From assembly GCA_964508385.1 (NCBI GenBank), contig CAZDTM010000001.1, positions 2,709 through 37,305 of the forward strand: DNA of 34,597 nt. The letters are read 5' to 3'. The translations under genes and the position numbers were made by a program. The notes beneath the pieces were generated by a model. The model was not told the DNA's origin. It searched no databases and worked only from the letters and a program-made list of their open reading frames with translations. Positions 1 through 9,360 of this stretch are shown here, piece by piece. This DNA is from Candidatus Woesearchaeota archaeon (lineage in GTDB: Archaea; Nanobdellota; Nanobdellia; SCGC-AAA011-G17; UBA489). Each line of letters starts with the position of its first letter. Positions within the stretch are counted from its first letter, which is position 1.

Positions 1-23
1 AACTTCTTTCTGCTTCCACAACC

Positions 24-31
24 TTTAAATA
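24..31 (+). promoter_or_regulatory. candidate TATA box (TTTAAATA) for the Sm/L37e operon
   Basis: TTTAAATA lies 34-41 nt upstream of the ATG at 65. GAGGGG sits 8 nt before the ATG. The same octamer recurs upstream of tbp and in the ileS/rfcS spacer. Confidence 0.35.
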
Positions 32-64
32 CTGACGGAAAAGGTTCCTTGAGGGGTTTTATCA

Positions 65-295
65 ATGACTGAAGAAGATCGACCATTAGATGCATTAAAC
101 GGAGCTCGCGGGAAGCGAGTGATGATTGAGCTGAAGAACGGCAAGCAGTTTATCGGCATTCTTAGAGCATTTGATATTCATATTAACACTGTTCTTGAAG
201 ACGCAGAAGAGAGGGCGAATGGAGAACTCGTGCGAAAGGTTGGAAAGATCTTTCTTCGCGGAGACACCATTATTCTGATTGCTCCATCCGCATAA
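65..295 (+). CDS. Sm-like (LSm/SmAP) RNA-binding protein
   Basis: 76 aa. Sm1-like VMIELKNGKQFIGILRAFDIHINTVL and Sm2-like IFLRGDTIILI. Sits 2 nt upstream of L37e, a conserved archaeal gene pair. Confidence 0.85.
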   Translation: MTEEDRPLDALNGARGKRVMIELKNGKQFIGILRAFDIHINTVLEDAEERANGELVRKVGKIFLRGDTIILIAPSA

Positions 296-297
296 CC

Positions 298-498
298 ATG
301 ACCAAAGGAACATACGCCCGCGGAAAGAAACGATCGAAAGGCAGACTTCATATTCGCTGCCGACGATGCGGGCAGCCGGCATACCACAAGATTAACGGCG
401 TTTGTGCACGATGTGGTTATGGAAAGAGCAGGCGCTTACGGCATTACAACTGGAACAAGAAACACGTGTCGAAGCGACGCATTCTCCATTCAAAATAA
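298..498 (+). CDS. rpl37e: 50S ribosomal protein L37e
   Basis: 66 aa, very basic, with a C4 zinc ribbon (CRRCG...CARCG). The N-terminus MTKGT..RGK is typical of L37e. Confidence 0.9.
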   Translation: MTKGTYARGKKRSKGRLHIRCRRCGQPAYHKINGVCARCGYGKSRRLRHYNWNKKHVSKRRILHSK

Positions 499-511
499 TT
501 TCTCATAAACC

Positions 512-518
512 TTATATA
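512..518 (+). promoter_or_regulatory. candidate TATA box for tRNA-Leu
   Basis: TTATATA is centred about 30 nt upstream of the tRNA 5' end at 545. Confidence 0.45.
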
Positions 519-544
519 GCATCTTCCTGCTTACGTACACTTAT

Positions 545-628
545 GCAGGGGTGTCGGAGCGGTCAAACGAACTAGGCTTAGGACCTAGTGGCTTAGTGCC
601 TTCCAAGGTTCAAATCCTTGCCCCTGCA
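545..628 (+). tRNA. tRNA-Leu (anticodon UAG), class II with long variable arm
   Basis: Hand-folded. Acceptor GCAGGGG/CCCCTGC with discriminator A. Anticodon stem CTAGG/CCTAG with loop CTTAGGA. Variable arm GGC-TTAGT-GCC. T arm CAAGG-TTCAAAT-CCTTG. No encoded CCA. Confidence 0.9.
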
Positions 629-701
629 GTTTTCTTGAGACCATGATAAGCAGCGCCGAGAAGAAAAAACTCATCCAGGGCGTTTTATCTTCAGTGTTCG
701 T

Positions 702-1436
702 TCACTGCGAGGCTATCTTCTCTTTTATGGCTGTGGAAAAGAAGGCTGCAATAATGAGCAGAAGAAGCGGTTGGACATACGCAGACGCAGAAGAAGCATT
801 GCGAACGAGAAGATACAGGTACGCAATGGCGCCTGCCTGGAAAATGGCAAGAACACAGAGTAGCAGAACCCCTGGAATTTTTTTCAAGCTTTCAAGTGAG
901 AACAACTGGTAAAACGCCCTTGTTAACGACTCGTGAAGAGAAGTTGTCATCAGGGTTACCAACACGTATGCTATGGAGAACAGGACGAGGAAGGGCAAGA
1001 AAGAAGAAGGTGAAGGTATGGCCAGTGTTTGTGGCTTGAGAACATTAAAAATGATGGCGGTCATGACCAAGAAGAATCCTGCTGAGAGAAGCGCGTAGTG
1101 CAAAAAGAACTTTTTCTTTTTCTTTATTCTTTTTATTTCGGCATAGAGATGTCCCTGGAATGCTGCCCACAACAGATAGAACATGACTGGAAAACCAATG
1201 AAAGAAAGAAATTGGATACGATTCGTTGGACCCTCAATCTTTTTTAGCAGTTGATATGCCGGAAGGACATTATCCTCAGAAAGCTCTGCTTGCTGGCGAG
1301 CGTACTCTATTTCTGGACCGAGTGAACGTATTGTTTGCAGGTATGAGCCTACTTCAGAGCGTATGAAAAGAAGAAGGGCAAAAGACAGGGCTAAAAAAAC
1401 CAACTGAATGATTGTTAATTTTATTATCTTTTTCAT
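702..1436 (-). CDS. polytopic membrane protein, no recognised family (last gene of the giant-protein operon)
   Basis: 244 aa with about 6 hydrophobic segments and a KRIKKKKKF cytoplasmic loop. Its start lies 4 nt after the stop of the 1900-aa gene. Confidence 0.6.
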   Translation of the reverse strand: MKKIIKLTIIQLVFLALSFALLLFIRSEVGSYLQTIRSLGPEIEYARQQAELSEDNVLPAYQLLKKIEGPTNRIQFLSFIGFPVMFYLLWAAFQGHLYAEIKRIKKKKKFFLHYALLSAGFFLVMTAIIFNVLKPQTLAIPSPSSFLPFLVLFSIAYVLVTLMTTSLHESLTRAFYQLFSLESLKKIPGVLLLCVLAIFQAGAIAYLYLLVRNASSASAYVQPLLLLIIAAFFSTAIKEKIASQ

Positions 1437-1440
1437 TTGG

Positions 1441-4400
1441 CTACCCGGTCACATCAAAGGTAAGCCGCTCTTCGCGGGTTTGCACATTTCTAGCGGTTAC
1501 TTTGAAAGAGACTGTAACTTTGTCAACGTCTTCGCTGCCCTTGTTTACAACCAGGTCTTCTGGCAAGTTAAACGTCTTTTTTTCTCCGGGGCCTACACTT
1601 CCTTCAAGAACGTATCTTACGGTTACAAGCTCTCTTTCTGTGTCTCCCCACAATCCAAGCAAGCCTGGTCGTTCGTTAATTCCATAAACTACAAGGGAAA
1701 GCTGCAAATTGTTTATTATTTGATCGCCATTGTTCGTTATTGTAGACTGAATACCCTTAAGGACAACTGCGTCTTCTTTGTTTTCAAGTTTTTGCAGAGA
1801 AGAATGAGCTTCCACTATGGCCTCCTCTTTGATAAGAAGGGGTGGGCTGGTTTGCGCTGTTCCGCTTTGAGATTTGGTTTCTGCTGAAGCTTGCTCTCTT
1901 GCGCTTTCCTCTTTACTAATGGCTGCCGCCCGTAGTTTTTCTGCCAAAGACTGGTAAGCATCTCCCCTCACAAACAGTGCTGTGGCAGCAAGCTCTGGCT
2001 CAACAAATCCTGAGGAGAGCACCTCGTTCAGCCCAGTAATCGCTCTCTCAAGGGTGTTTTTTGCTGCGTCTAAGGATTGTGTTTTTCCCTCGGTGATCAA
2101 CTGGTTTGCGGCGTCTATTCTTCTCTGAATTTCGGTAGCATCATATACTGGAGCGATGTCTGCGCCAAGCTGTTGCTGCACTTGCTGAACTTTTTGGTTT
2201 AGGTCTCCGCTTAGCGCTTGCTGGTCTGCAAGATTTTTTATTTGGTTCAGGGCGCTTGGCCTGTACAACCAGCAGATACCTAAGTCTCGGTCACGATCAT
2301 CTTTTCCGCAGGTGCCTATCTCCTGCCAATTGTCGTTCGTTGTTCCCACGTCTGGATCGAAGCGCTCGCACTTTCTTAGGATTCCTGTTTGCAACAGCCC
2401 ACGATTCAAGGCACCAACGCCGATACCTGCCGCGCCAGCACCAGGAAATCCTTCGTATGGATACTGCGGAAGCCCGCCGGTCACTCCTTGATCTGTTGCT
2501 TCAAATGTGGTGATTCTTCCAGTTTCCGGCTGGCATTCTTCTTCAGAATCAATCTGCTTCATTGCTTCTGATTCGATGTACCTGTCATTGAGCATGTTGA
2601 GGAAATACGAAGAGCTTACTTTTCCAGAGCCGCATGCGGTCTGCACGCCGTAATTTGGCGAGACAATTTCAACACACATCTGATCGTAGCCGGAAGGAAG
2701 CTGCTGTGAGCAACTTTGAATGTCAAATCGTTTTGCCTGAAGTGGCCTGTTTCTCACCATGCCTATGTTGGGACATGTGATGTACACCGGCGGCAAGATA
2801 TGGCTCCCTTGGGGAGTCTTGCTCTGCAGATAAACTGAGAACCGAATGTCTTGGTTTTCGCCAGCATAGACTTGATAAAAGCTGTTGTAAATGCTGAGCG
2901 GTGTTGTCGTCACATCTGTGAAGGGGGCTTCTTCAAAGAATGCTGTAAACTGTGGCGGACTTTCTGGCCGCGTTACTTGCTGGAAGAGTTCACCTAAGAA
3001 CGGAGCTTTTCCATATACTGCGGCTTTGCATATCTCTCCACCGAGCTCTGGCAGCGCTTTACCAGAATACTGCGCGAACACGTTTTTTGCATAGGACTGC
3101 GTGAAATACTCTGTGTACCCTATGCTGTTGTCGACTGCCTTATCAAATGAGGAGTATTCGCCCCCGCCTTTTGCGTCACCGCCAAAGACTCCGCGCAGAA
3201 CATTCCCCAAGATTCCGCCCCTCACATTAAAGAGCGCAATGCCTTCCCTCCAGAGCATATCACAAATACCAAAGGAGCGAAGCTCGTCACAGAGACCAAT
3301 GGACTGGCCCTCTATTTTTGCGGTCGTCAAGCACTGGCGGTATCCTTTCAAGATTGAGTTCAAGTTGTTGAGACCAGCAATCACTCCAGTGATACAAACC
3401 GGCATGACAACATCCCCGCCGGTAACAACCCAGTTTGGGCTGCACAGGGCAACAGACCCGACTAGCCCTGTTTGCACGACGTTTTCCACCGGCCATTCCC
3501 CGCCAAAGTCGCAACGCGAGGTTGGGCAGATCACGGGGTCGCATGCGTTGTACATCATTCTGCACTCTCCGGGCGACATGAAGTCAATGCACTCTGTTGT
3601 TGTTGGCTGCGGCGCTGGAGTGTTTACGAATGTCCCCAGATTTGAGCAGTGGCCAATTAAATCGCCTGATCTGTAGGATTTACTTCCAATATTTCTATTC
3701 AGCGTATCTACACATGCCTTTCCTGCTGCGAGCGCTTTGTACGCGTTCAGAGCTTCTGGGTCAGCTCTTTTCTTAAAGGCGGAGAGAACATCATTCAATT
3801 CCCCCAACCGGACATCGGAATTTGCTCCAAGCTGGCTGTTTGATTCTGGACGCTCGAAGACGAGCTGTTTCTCAATGCGGCCTGAATCTGAGTACTCGTT
3901 TTCAATATAGAGACGAGAGTTCACGGCAAGCTGTTGAACCTTTCCTTTTGCCCTTCCAGAAGGCGTTGTTGACAGCAGATATTGTGGCTTTTCTTCCTGC
4001 GCCTTTGGTGATACGCGCAATCTCTGGCCGTCGATCATGAGGTCGTATTCTGCGGACTTAAACTTTGCTTCGTTCATACCAATCTGCTTCATCTCCTCAG
4101 TGATGTCTCTTGGCTCAAGACCTGGGAGCGTCAGCGCATACTTGTTTGTCTTTTTGTCATATGAGATGCGGATTGGGTTAATTTCTGCTGGGACGTACTT
4201 TCTAATGGTTCGATCCTCGAGCTTTTGAAGAGCAGTTACTTGCGCAGCAGGATTTTCTTTTTCTTTACTGAAGAAACTCTCAAGTTCCTGTCTCTCATAC
4301 TCTGCTTTGTATGCACTCAGAATCTCTCCGCGATTTTTATTGAATACTTCTGCAAAAGCGGCGTCTGTTGATGATTCATCAAGGCGAAGATAACTTTGCT

Positions 4401-7143
4401 GAATGATACTCTTTATTTCTTCTTTGACATTGTGACTGCCAACACTCTGAACATCGGTGAAGGCTCTTTCTTTGTTTCCATCGTGGAACGCCGTAAAGAG
4501 CTGCTGATTAATCTCCTTTTCTTTTAACTCTAAATTTTTGGCATAATAGTCGACAGCGTACACCTCATCGCCCGGGTGGGCTTCCGCGATTCTCTTCTTG
4601 ATGTACAGATCACGTCGGTCATCAAGGTACGATTCGTCTTTCAGCTCAGGGTAGAGTGCGCTCAGCTTGCTGTCTGCCTCGTTCATGGCCTGCTCCACGA
4701 GGCTTAGATCTTTTTGATAGTCATCAATATTGCTAAAGACGCATTCTTCAAAACTGTTGATCTCGCTCTTGCAATTCTCATTATCTAGCTGGTGACTAGA
4801 ATACCTCTGCCTGTAGACCTCGTTGACTTTTTCTCGTGCAATAGCAGATTTTCCACCAAACAAAAGGTTCTTTGCCGTCAACACAGCCTGCGTCGCAAAG
4901 CAGAACGTAATCCAGTACTTATGAATCTCAGATATTTTGGCGATGAGGTTGTCTAATTTGGCGATGAGTTCTTCTGTCTTTTTTATTTCATTGTCAATGC
5001 TGCTGCTGAAAAGAGGAAGATCAAATGGCCTCTTTTCTATTGGTATGTGGATAGTGTAGAATGATTCTGAAAATGCCTTCTCTGATGCGGGAGCGAGTAT
5101 GATGTAGACTTCGCGCTTCAAATTTGTTTTGAGCAATTCGGCGGGGAATGTATCTTTTGCATCCTTGATCGTGCGAGGGAGCATTACCTGTTTTCCTAGG
5201 CTCACTGATGCCCTGCGTTGAACCGTTGTTCCTTTTTCATCTTGTGCAGTACCAACAAGTTCGACTGAAGAATCTTTAATGCGGCTCACTTTCCAGGTAA
5301 TCATTCCGACGGTGCTCTGGCCAACTTGCTCGAGAGGCGTATCTTGGCGATAATCAAAGACGAGCGTTCCTACTTTAATTTTCGCTGTTGCCTGCTGATC
5401 GGTTGTTGGCTGCCTTACATCAAAGAGAATGAGCCCTGTCACTGAACCGTCTTCCTCCACTAGCTCTTCGCTTTGCGCCTGGAAAGCGAGAATATTTGTT
5501 GCGGCAGAGGTTAACTGCAAAAGTGTTTCGAGCTCTCGCTCTGTTACTCTTTCTGGATATTTCTGGCTTGCCTTAATTTTTTCGAATGCTTGCTGAGCAA
5601 GAAATGGATTGCGCTCGTAGAAGAGACTCATCCAGCCAATTCTGTACAAAGCATCAACACTCTGATTTGATGCAGGATATCCGTCAAGAATCTCCTGGTA
5701 TGACTGCTTGGCTCTTTCTACTGCTTGCTCAAAATTGATATCAGCAATCTTTATTACGCCCTCCCCGGTGCTGCTTACTCTCTTTTCAGATAAGACAAGC
5801 TGCAGCTCATTAATTTTTTTTACTAGGTCTTCCTTTTCTGCTTGGGCCCCGTTTACATTTTGATTCTCGAAGAGTGCGGTTGAGTAGGACTCATACGCCC
5901 TAAACACCTTAAAGAGGAGGTCCCTCATGAGGGCCTTTGTGAACTCTGTTACGGCTGGGTCTTTGATCTTCCTGATCGCTGGAATGACGATCGTCTCGTG
6001 ACATTTTTCAACTTCTTCTTTCTTGGAGAGCGTTCCACATGCAGCGTCGTACTGCGCAAGCAATTCATTGTAGATTGTATCTTGAACCCCCTGTTCTGGT
6101 GGTTGTACTCCTGTTTTGTCGCTGATTTCCCTTGGCTTTCCCTGATTTCCCGCAAGCTTCATTGTTCCTATCTTACCACCAATACTTCTCAGACGCACAA
6201 CTCGTTCACCTTCGGGCGTCATGGATACGTCATCAACGTACCACGATGACCCTGAGAAGAGGGGTTGTCCCGTCGTGAGGATTTTTTGCTCTGTTCGTCC
6301 ATTTCTCGTCACGAGCATGACTGCTTTTGTCGCCTCTGCTCTTACTTCTTTCACCGTAATGCTAAATCGATCAAAGAGCGGGCTGAACATGGACATGCCT
6401 GGTCTGTAGGCATCGATCGTTGAGGATGTTGACCCAGATTTTACTATCGTCGTGTGCACTTCGTTCAGTGCCTTATCATAAATGGTGAATGCTGCTTTGT
6501 CTGGCTCAATACTCTCTGCCCTGATGTAGCCCCCAAAGAAGCGATCGTCTTCCTTCGTTGGAATCCATTCGTCATGGCTTTTCTGTGTGAGCACCATTTC
6601 CTGAGGCCCGAAGCTTAGTCCCCTGGAGACATCAAAGTTGATTCTCGACTGCATATCGATGATGATCTCCTCCGGCACATCTTCTTCTCGCGGAATTCTT
6701 CCTATTCTGACTTCGAGGTATCCCATGTTCTCTGGGGAAAAGCTTTCTCCGCGCGGAGGATAGTGACGCGGCGGCAGGATCTGCGGAGCAGTCAGCCCTT
6801 CAGGCCTCGTTTTGATAGATACCGGAACTGAGGTGACACTCGTGATTTTTGGAATGGTGATGGTTGGATTTGTGAGCGTTCCTTTCAGAAGAACGAAGAC
6901 CGTTGCTCCCTGGTCCTCAATCAATTGCGCTGGAACGACCGTTGGCTGGTAGGAATCCACTTGAAGAGCAATGTCTTCTCCGATGACATTCCGCAGTGTT
7001 GGCTCCTGGCCAGAAAACGTACTCTCAATTGACCTTTCCACTTTCTTCAATTCGTTTTCAGGAATACGGACAAGCTGGGCGCTCACCAGCGGCATGCTCA
7101 CTATGAGCAGTATCATCGCCCATGACATGATTGTTGCTCTCAT
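1441..7143 (-). CDS. giant secreted surface protein (1900 aa), no recognised family
   Basis: Uninterrupted 5.7 kb ORF. Signal peptide MRATIMSWAMILLIVSMPLVSAQ. Charged helical middle region, a Cys-rich module (about aa 1140-1630) and a C-terminal beta-sandwich-like tail. The ATG overlaps the upstream stop (TAATG). Confidence 0.85.
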   Translation of the reverse strand: MRATIMSWAMILLIVSMPLVSAQLVRIPENELKKVERSIESTFSGQEPTLRNVIGEDIALQVDSYQPTVVPAQLIEDQGATVFVLLKGTLTNPTITIPKITSVTSVPVSIKTRPEGLTAPQILPPRHYPPRGESFSPENMGYLEVRIGRIPREEDVPEEIIIDMQSRINFDVSRGLSFGPQEMVLTQKSHDEWIPTKEDDRFFGGYIRAESIEPDKAAFTIYDKALNEVHTTIVKSGSTSSTIDAYRPGMSMFSPLFDRFSITVKEVRAEATKAVMLVTRNGRTEQKILTTGQPLFSGSSWYVDDVSMTPEGERVVRLRSIGGKIGTMKLAGNQGKPREISDKTGVQPPEQGVQDTIYNELLAQYDAACGTLSKKEEVEKCHETIVIPAIRKIKDPAVTEFTKALMRDLLFKVFRAYESYSTALFENQNVNGAQAEKEDLVKKINELQLVLSEKRVSSTGEGVIKIADINFEQAVERAKQSYQEILDGYPASNQSVDALYRIGWMSLFYERNPFLAQQAFEKIKASQKYPERVTERELETLLQLTSAATNILAFQAQSEELVEEDGSVTGLILFDVRQPTTDQQATAKIKVGTLVFDYRQDTPLEQVGQSTVGMITWKVSRIKDSSVELVGTAQDEKGTTVQRRASVSLGKQVMLPRTIKDAKDTFPAELLKTNLKREVYIILAPASEKAFSESFYTIHIPIEKRPFDLPLFSSSIDNEIKKTEELIAKLDNLIAKISEIHKYWITFCFATQAVLTAKNLLFGGKSAIAREKVNEVYRQRYSSHQLDNENCKSEINSFEECVFSNIDDYQKDLSLVEQAMNEADSKLSALYPELKDESYLDDRRDLYIKKRIAEAHPGDEVYAVDYYAKNLELKEKEINQQLFTAFHDGNKERAFTDVQSVGSHNVKEEIKSIIQQSYLRLDESSTDAAFAEVFNKNRGEILSAYKAEYERQELESFFSKEKENPAAQVTALQKLEDRTIRKYVPAEINPIRISYDKKTNKYALTLPGLEPRDITEEMKQIGMNEAKFKSAEYDLMIDGQRLRVSPKAQEEKPQYLLSTTPSGRAKGKVQQLAVNSRLYIENEYSDSGRIEKQLVFERPESNSQLGANSDVRLGELNDVLSAFKKRADPEALNAYKALAAGKACVDTLNRNIGSKSYRSGDLIGHCSNLGTFVNTPAPQPTTTECIDFMSPGECRMMYNACDPVICPTSRCDFGGEWPVENVVQTGLVGSVALCSPNWVVTGGDVVMPVCITGVIAGLNNLNSILKGYRQCLTTAKIEGQSIGLCDELRSFGICDMLWREGIALFNVRGGILGNVLRGVFGGDAKGGGEYSSFDKAVDNSIGYTEYFTQSYAKNVFAQYSGKALPELGGEICKAAVYGKAPFLGELFQQVTRPESPPQFTAFFEEAPFTDVTTTPLSIYNSFYQVYAGENQDIRFSVYLQSKTPQGSHILPPVYITCPNIGMVRNRPLQAKRFDIQSCSQQLPSGYDQMCVEIVSPNYGVQTACGSGKVSSSYFLNMLNDRYIESEAMKQIDSEEECQPETGRITTFEATDQGVTGGLPQYPYEGFPGAGAAGIGVGALNRGLLQTGILRKCERFDPDVGTTNDNWQEIGTCGKDDRDRDLGICWLYRPSALNQIKNLADQQALSGDLNQKVQQVQQQLGADIAPVYDATEIQRRIDAANQLITEGKTQSLDAAKNTLERAITGLNEVLSSGFVEPELAATALFVRGDAYQSLAEKLRAAAISKEESAREQASAETKSQSGTAQTSPPLLIKEEAIVEAHSSLQKLENKEDAVVLKGIQSTITNNGDQIINNLQLSLVVYGINERPGLLGLWGDTERELVTVRYVLEGSVGPGEKKTFNLPEDLVVNKGSEDVDKVTVSFKVTARNVQTREERLTFDVTG

Positions 7144-9140
7144 TACTCAAACCTCGGCGGACTCACTGATGGTGAGAGCTTTTTAATCATCTCGTCAATC
7201 TCTCCCAACTGGCTTTGCTTCGTTGGGGTGCTACCTCTTACGGTATAGAGCGTGAGTGAGCTTGCTGTTCCTACATCTTGACGTTGTGCTGTCCATCTGA
7301 TAGTCCCTCCGCCAGCAATCACTTCCTCGTATTCTGCTGCAGGAATTGTTTGCGATGTGCACGTTTTTTTCGTGACTCCTATACTACCTAAAATGCCATC
7401 GACGGGCATGTCTGCGCAGTGCTTAATTTTCTGCTGTTCAAGGCGGAACGGAGGATTACTCTGGACAATTAATTGAGACGTAATCTCATATGGCCCCGCA
7501 ATCAACTGCACTGTCGCTGGATCTTGAGAGCTTATGAAGGAGGCAACAAAGTCTTTTTCTAGGTGTCGCAGGGTGAACATCGCTTTTTCTTTTGGCTGAA
7601 CAGGCCGAATGATCCCGCCAGCGAGCACATTCACCTGCACTGGAAGCGTGTAGAGCGGCTCTAACACGAGGGGGATGGTGAGGTCCTCATTTGTTGATAG
7701 TGCTTGTTCTGCACGGAAGTATCCTTCTTTCTCGGCGATGAGCAGCCCATTCACGCAAAAAGGAGCGTCTGTCTTCAAGGTAGCAGAAAAGTCATCGGAC
7801 GTTGTCGCTCCAAGCGGGCAGGTAGTGGTCAGGCATTTTAATGTAATGGCTGCTCCCGGGATTGGCACGAGTGAAAAATCAGAACCAATGGCGAGGACTT
7901 CCACGCTTACTTTTCCGCCCGTGTTCCCGCAGATAGCTGATGACGCGTCTATCACGGGAATGCCTTCAAACTGATTTTTTCGTGGTTGGTTGTGCTGGAT
8001 CACTGCCATTATCCCAAACTGAAATGTATTTCCTTTGTCGTCGTTCACTTGCACCAACGCAGGAAACTGAATGTCGTACACGAAGTGGTACTGGTTCAAA
8101 CAGAAGAGGCTCTGCACAACTCTTGAGATTTCTGTTCCTGCTGCAAATTGCTTGCCGCTCACTATTTCTCCAGGCTCACCAACAATGTCGAGAGCAACTG
8201 GCCAGCGTGGCGAGTACATGAATGTAGCAGAGATTGTAGCATCTGCGTCCGCAATGCTCACCTGCTTGTACCTCTCCTTTGCCTGCATGAGCTGTCCCCC
8301 GCTTCCTTTGATTCGTATGAACGGCAGATTCAACTCAAGCACCCTCTTGAAATCCTGAATGACTCTTGATTTTTGCCAGGTTCTTGGTGAACACTCAAAA
8401 TCGACGCCTGAAGAAGGAAGCTCGTCGTAGGTAACAATCATGTCGCTCGCATATCTCTCCAGGAAGGTTTGCTCCTCCTCCGCCGTCATGATGGCTGTCG
8501 CCTGCTTATATAGCCTTCCCAGAGGGAATGTTTCTGAAGCGTAGAACTTCTTGATCGTGTAGGAAAAATCTTCTTTTTTGACTTCGACGGGAAAATCTGC
8601 GATCACATATACTTTCTCATCCGCTATGAAAACCATTGGTTCGAGCTCGTGGGGCTGAATGTTGTAGCCCTCTTCTTTGAGTTCCGCGTATTCATTGAGA
8701 CACAACGCTGTTTTTGTTTTCATGTACTTCGCAAACTCTTGCTCCATTGTTTCTCTTGTAGGAATGAATCTCTCCTCAACACCGTTTGCTTTTTTGTAAT
8801 ACCAGAAGGGAACAAGCAGAGTGCCATCGCCAAAGACGTCGATGCTATTGGAGAATGGATTTAGTGGGCCGCGAGGAAGGTCGTCTTCTGGTGCATCCAT
8901 GTGGCCTCCTTGCTGTGACAGCCTTTGTATTCCCTCCTTAAGAGCGAAGGTGAGACAGGATTCAGTGAAGAGATTTACTTTCTGGGCCTGTTGCGGGACT
9001 GTCTCTGCTTGCACCTGCTGCTGCAAAAGCTCTGATGACTTGATGAGGTCTTTTCCAAAGGTGACGGCAAGAATGCTGACGACTACAAGAAGGCCTAGAA
9101 TGACATACGCAGTTTGACCTCTTTTTTTCAGGTACTTCAT
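7143..9140 (-). CDS. large exported protein with a type-IV-pilin-like (class III) signal peptide
   Basis: 665 aa. The N-terminus MKYLKKRGQTAYVILGLLVVVSILAV has a basic n-region, an RG/Q cleavage-type motif and a hydrophobic helix. A CarboxypepD_reg-like beta region lies near aa 410-500. ATGA overlap with the upstream wHTH gene. Confidence 0.75.
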   Translation of the reverse strand: MKYLKKRGQTAYVILGLLVVVSILAVTFGKDLIKSSELLQQQVQAETVPQQAQKVNLFTESCLTFALKEGIQRLSQQGGHMDAPEDDLPRGPLNPFSNSIDVFGDGTLLVPFWYYKKANGVEERFIPTRETMEQEFAKYMKTKTALCLNEYAELKEEGYNIQPHELEPMVFIADEKVYVIADFPVEVKKEDFSYTIKKFYASETFPLGRLYKQATAIMTAEEEQTFLERYASDMIVTYDELPSSGVDFECSPRTWQKSRVIQDFKRVLELNLPFIRIKGSGGQLMQAKERYKQVSIADADATISATFMYSPRWPVALDIVGEPGEIVSGKQFAAGTEISRVVQSLFCLNQYHFVYDIQFPALVQVNDDKGNTFQFGIMAVIQHNQPRKNQFEGIPVIDASSAICGNTGGKVSVEVLAIGSDFSLVPIPGAAITLKCLTTTCPLGATTSDDFSATLKTDAPFCVNGLLIAEKEGYFRAEQALSTNEDLTIPLVLEPLYTLPVQVNVLAGGIIRPVQPKEKAMFTLRHLEKDFVASFISSQDPATVQLIAGPYEITSQLIVQSNPPFRLEQQKIKHCADMPVDGILGSIGVTKKTCTSQTIPAAEYEEVIAGGGTIRWTAQRQDVGTASSLTLYTVRGSTPTKQSQLGEIDEMIKKLSPSVSPPRFE

Positions 9141-9328
9141 CTTTTTTTCACCAGAACAATTTTTGACCCGCCGAATTTCTGTACGTGAGCTTTTCTTTTC
9201 TTTATGAGCGCGTCCACAAGGTCAAAAACCGTTGTATTCTTGATGCTAAAGTGCTTTGCGATCATACTAAAATTGACGAACTCTTTTGATTGGATAAATG
9301 AAAGGAGCTCCTCTTCAGAAGGAATCAC
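9137..9328 (-). CDS. small winged-helix DNA-binding-like protein (first gene of the operon)
   Basis: 63 aa with a GTG start and GAGGT 7 nt upstream. The pattern LSFIQSKEFVNFSMIAKHFSIKNTTVFDLVDALIKKRK resembles a minimal wHTH. Confidence 0.5.
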   Translation of the reverse strand: MIPSEEELLSFIQSKEFVNFSMIAKHFSIKNTTVFDLVDALIKKRKAHVQKFGGSKIVLVKKR

Positions 9329-9360
9329 ATACTCTACCTCTTTTTCCGGCTTTTTCCAAG

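Noticed and set aside
643-912. 89-aa plus-strand ORF after tRNA-Leu
   Set aside because: It overlaps the 3' part of the 244-aa membrane-protein gene on the opposite strand, has no promoter or SD signal, and its composition looks like an antisense shadow.
1408-7186. Many 60-190 aa ORFs antisense to or overlapping the giant gene (for example 1408..1887, 3101..3676, 3287..3565)
   Set aside because: All lie inside an uninterrupted 5.7 kb ORF with coherent protein-like sequence. They are Pro/Ser/Arg-rich shadow ORFs.
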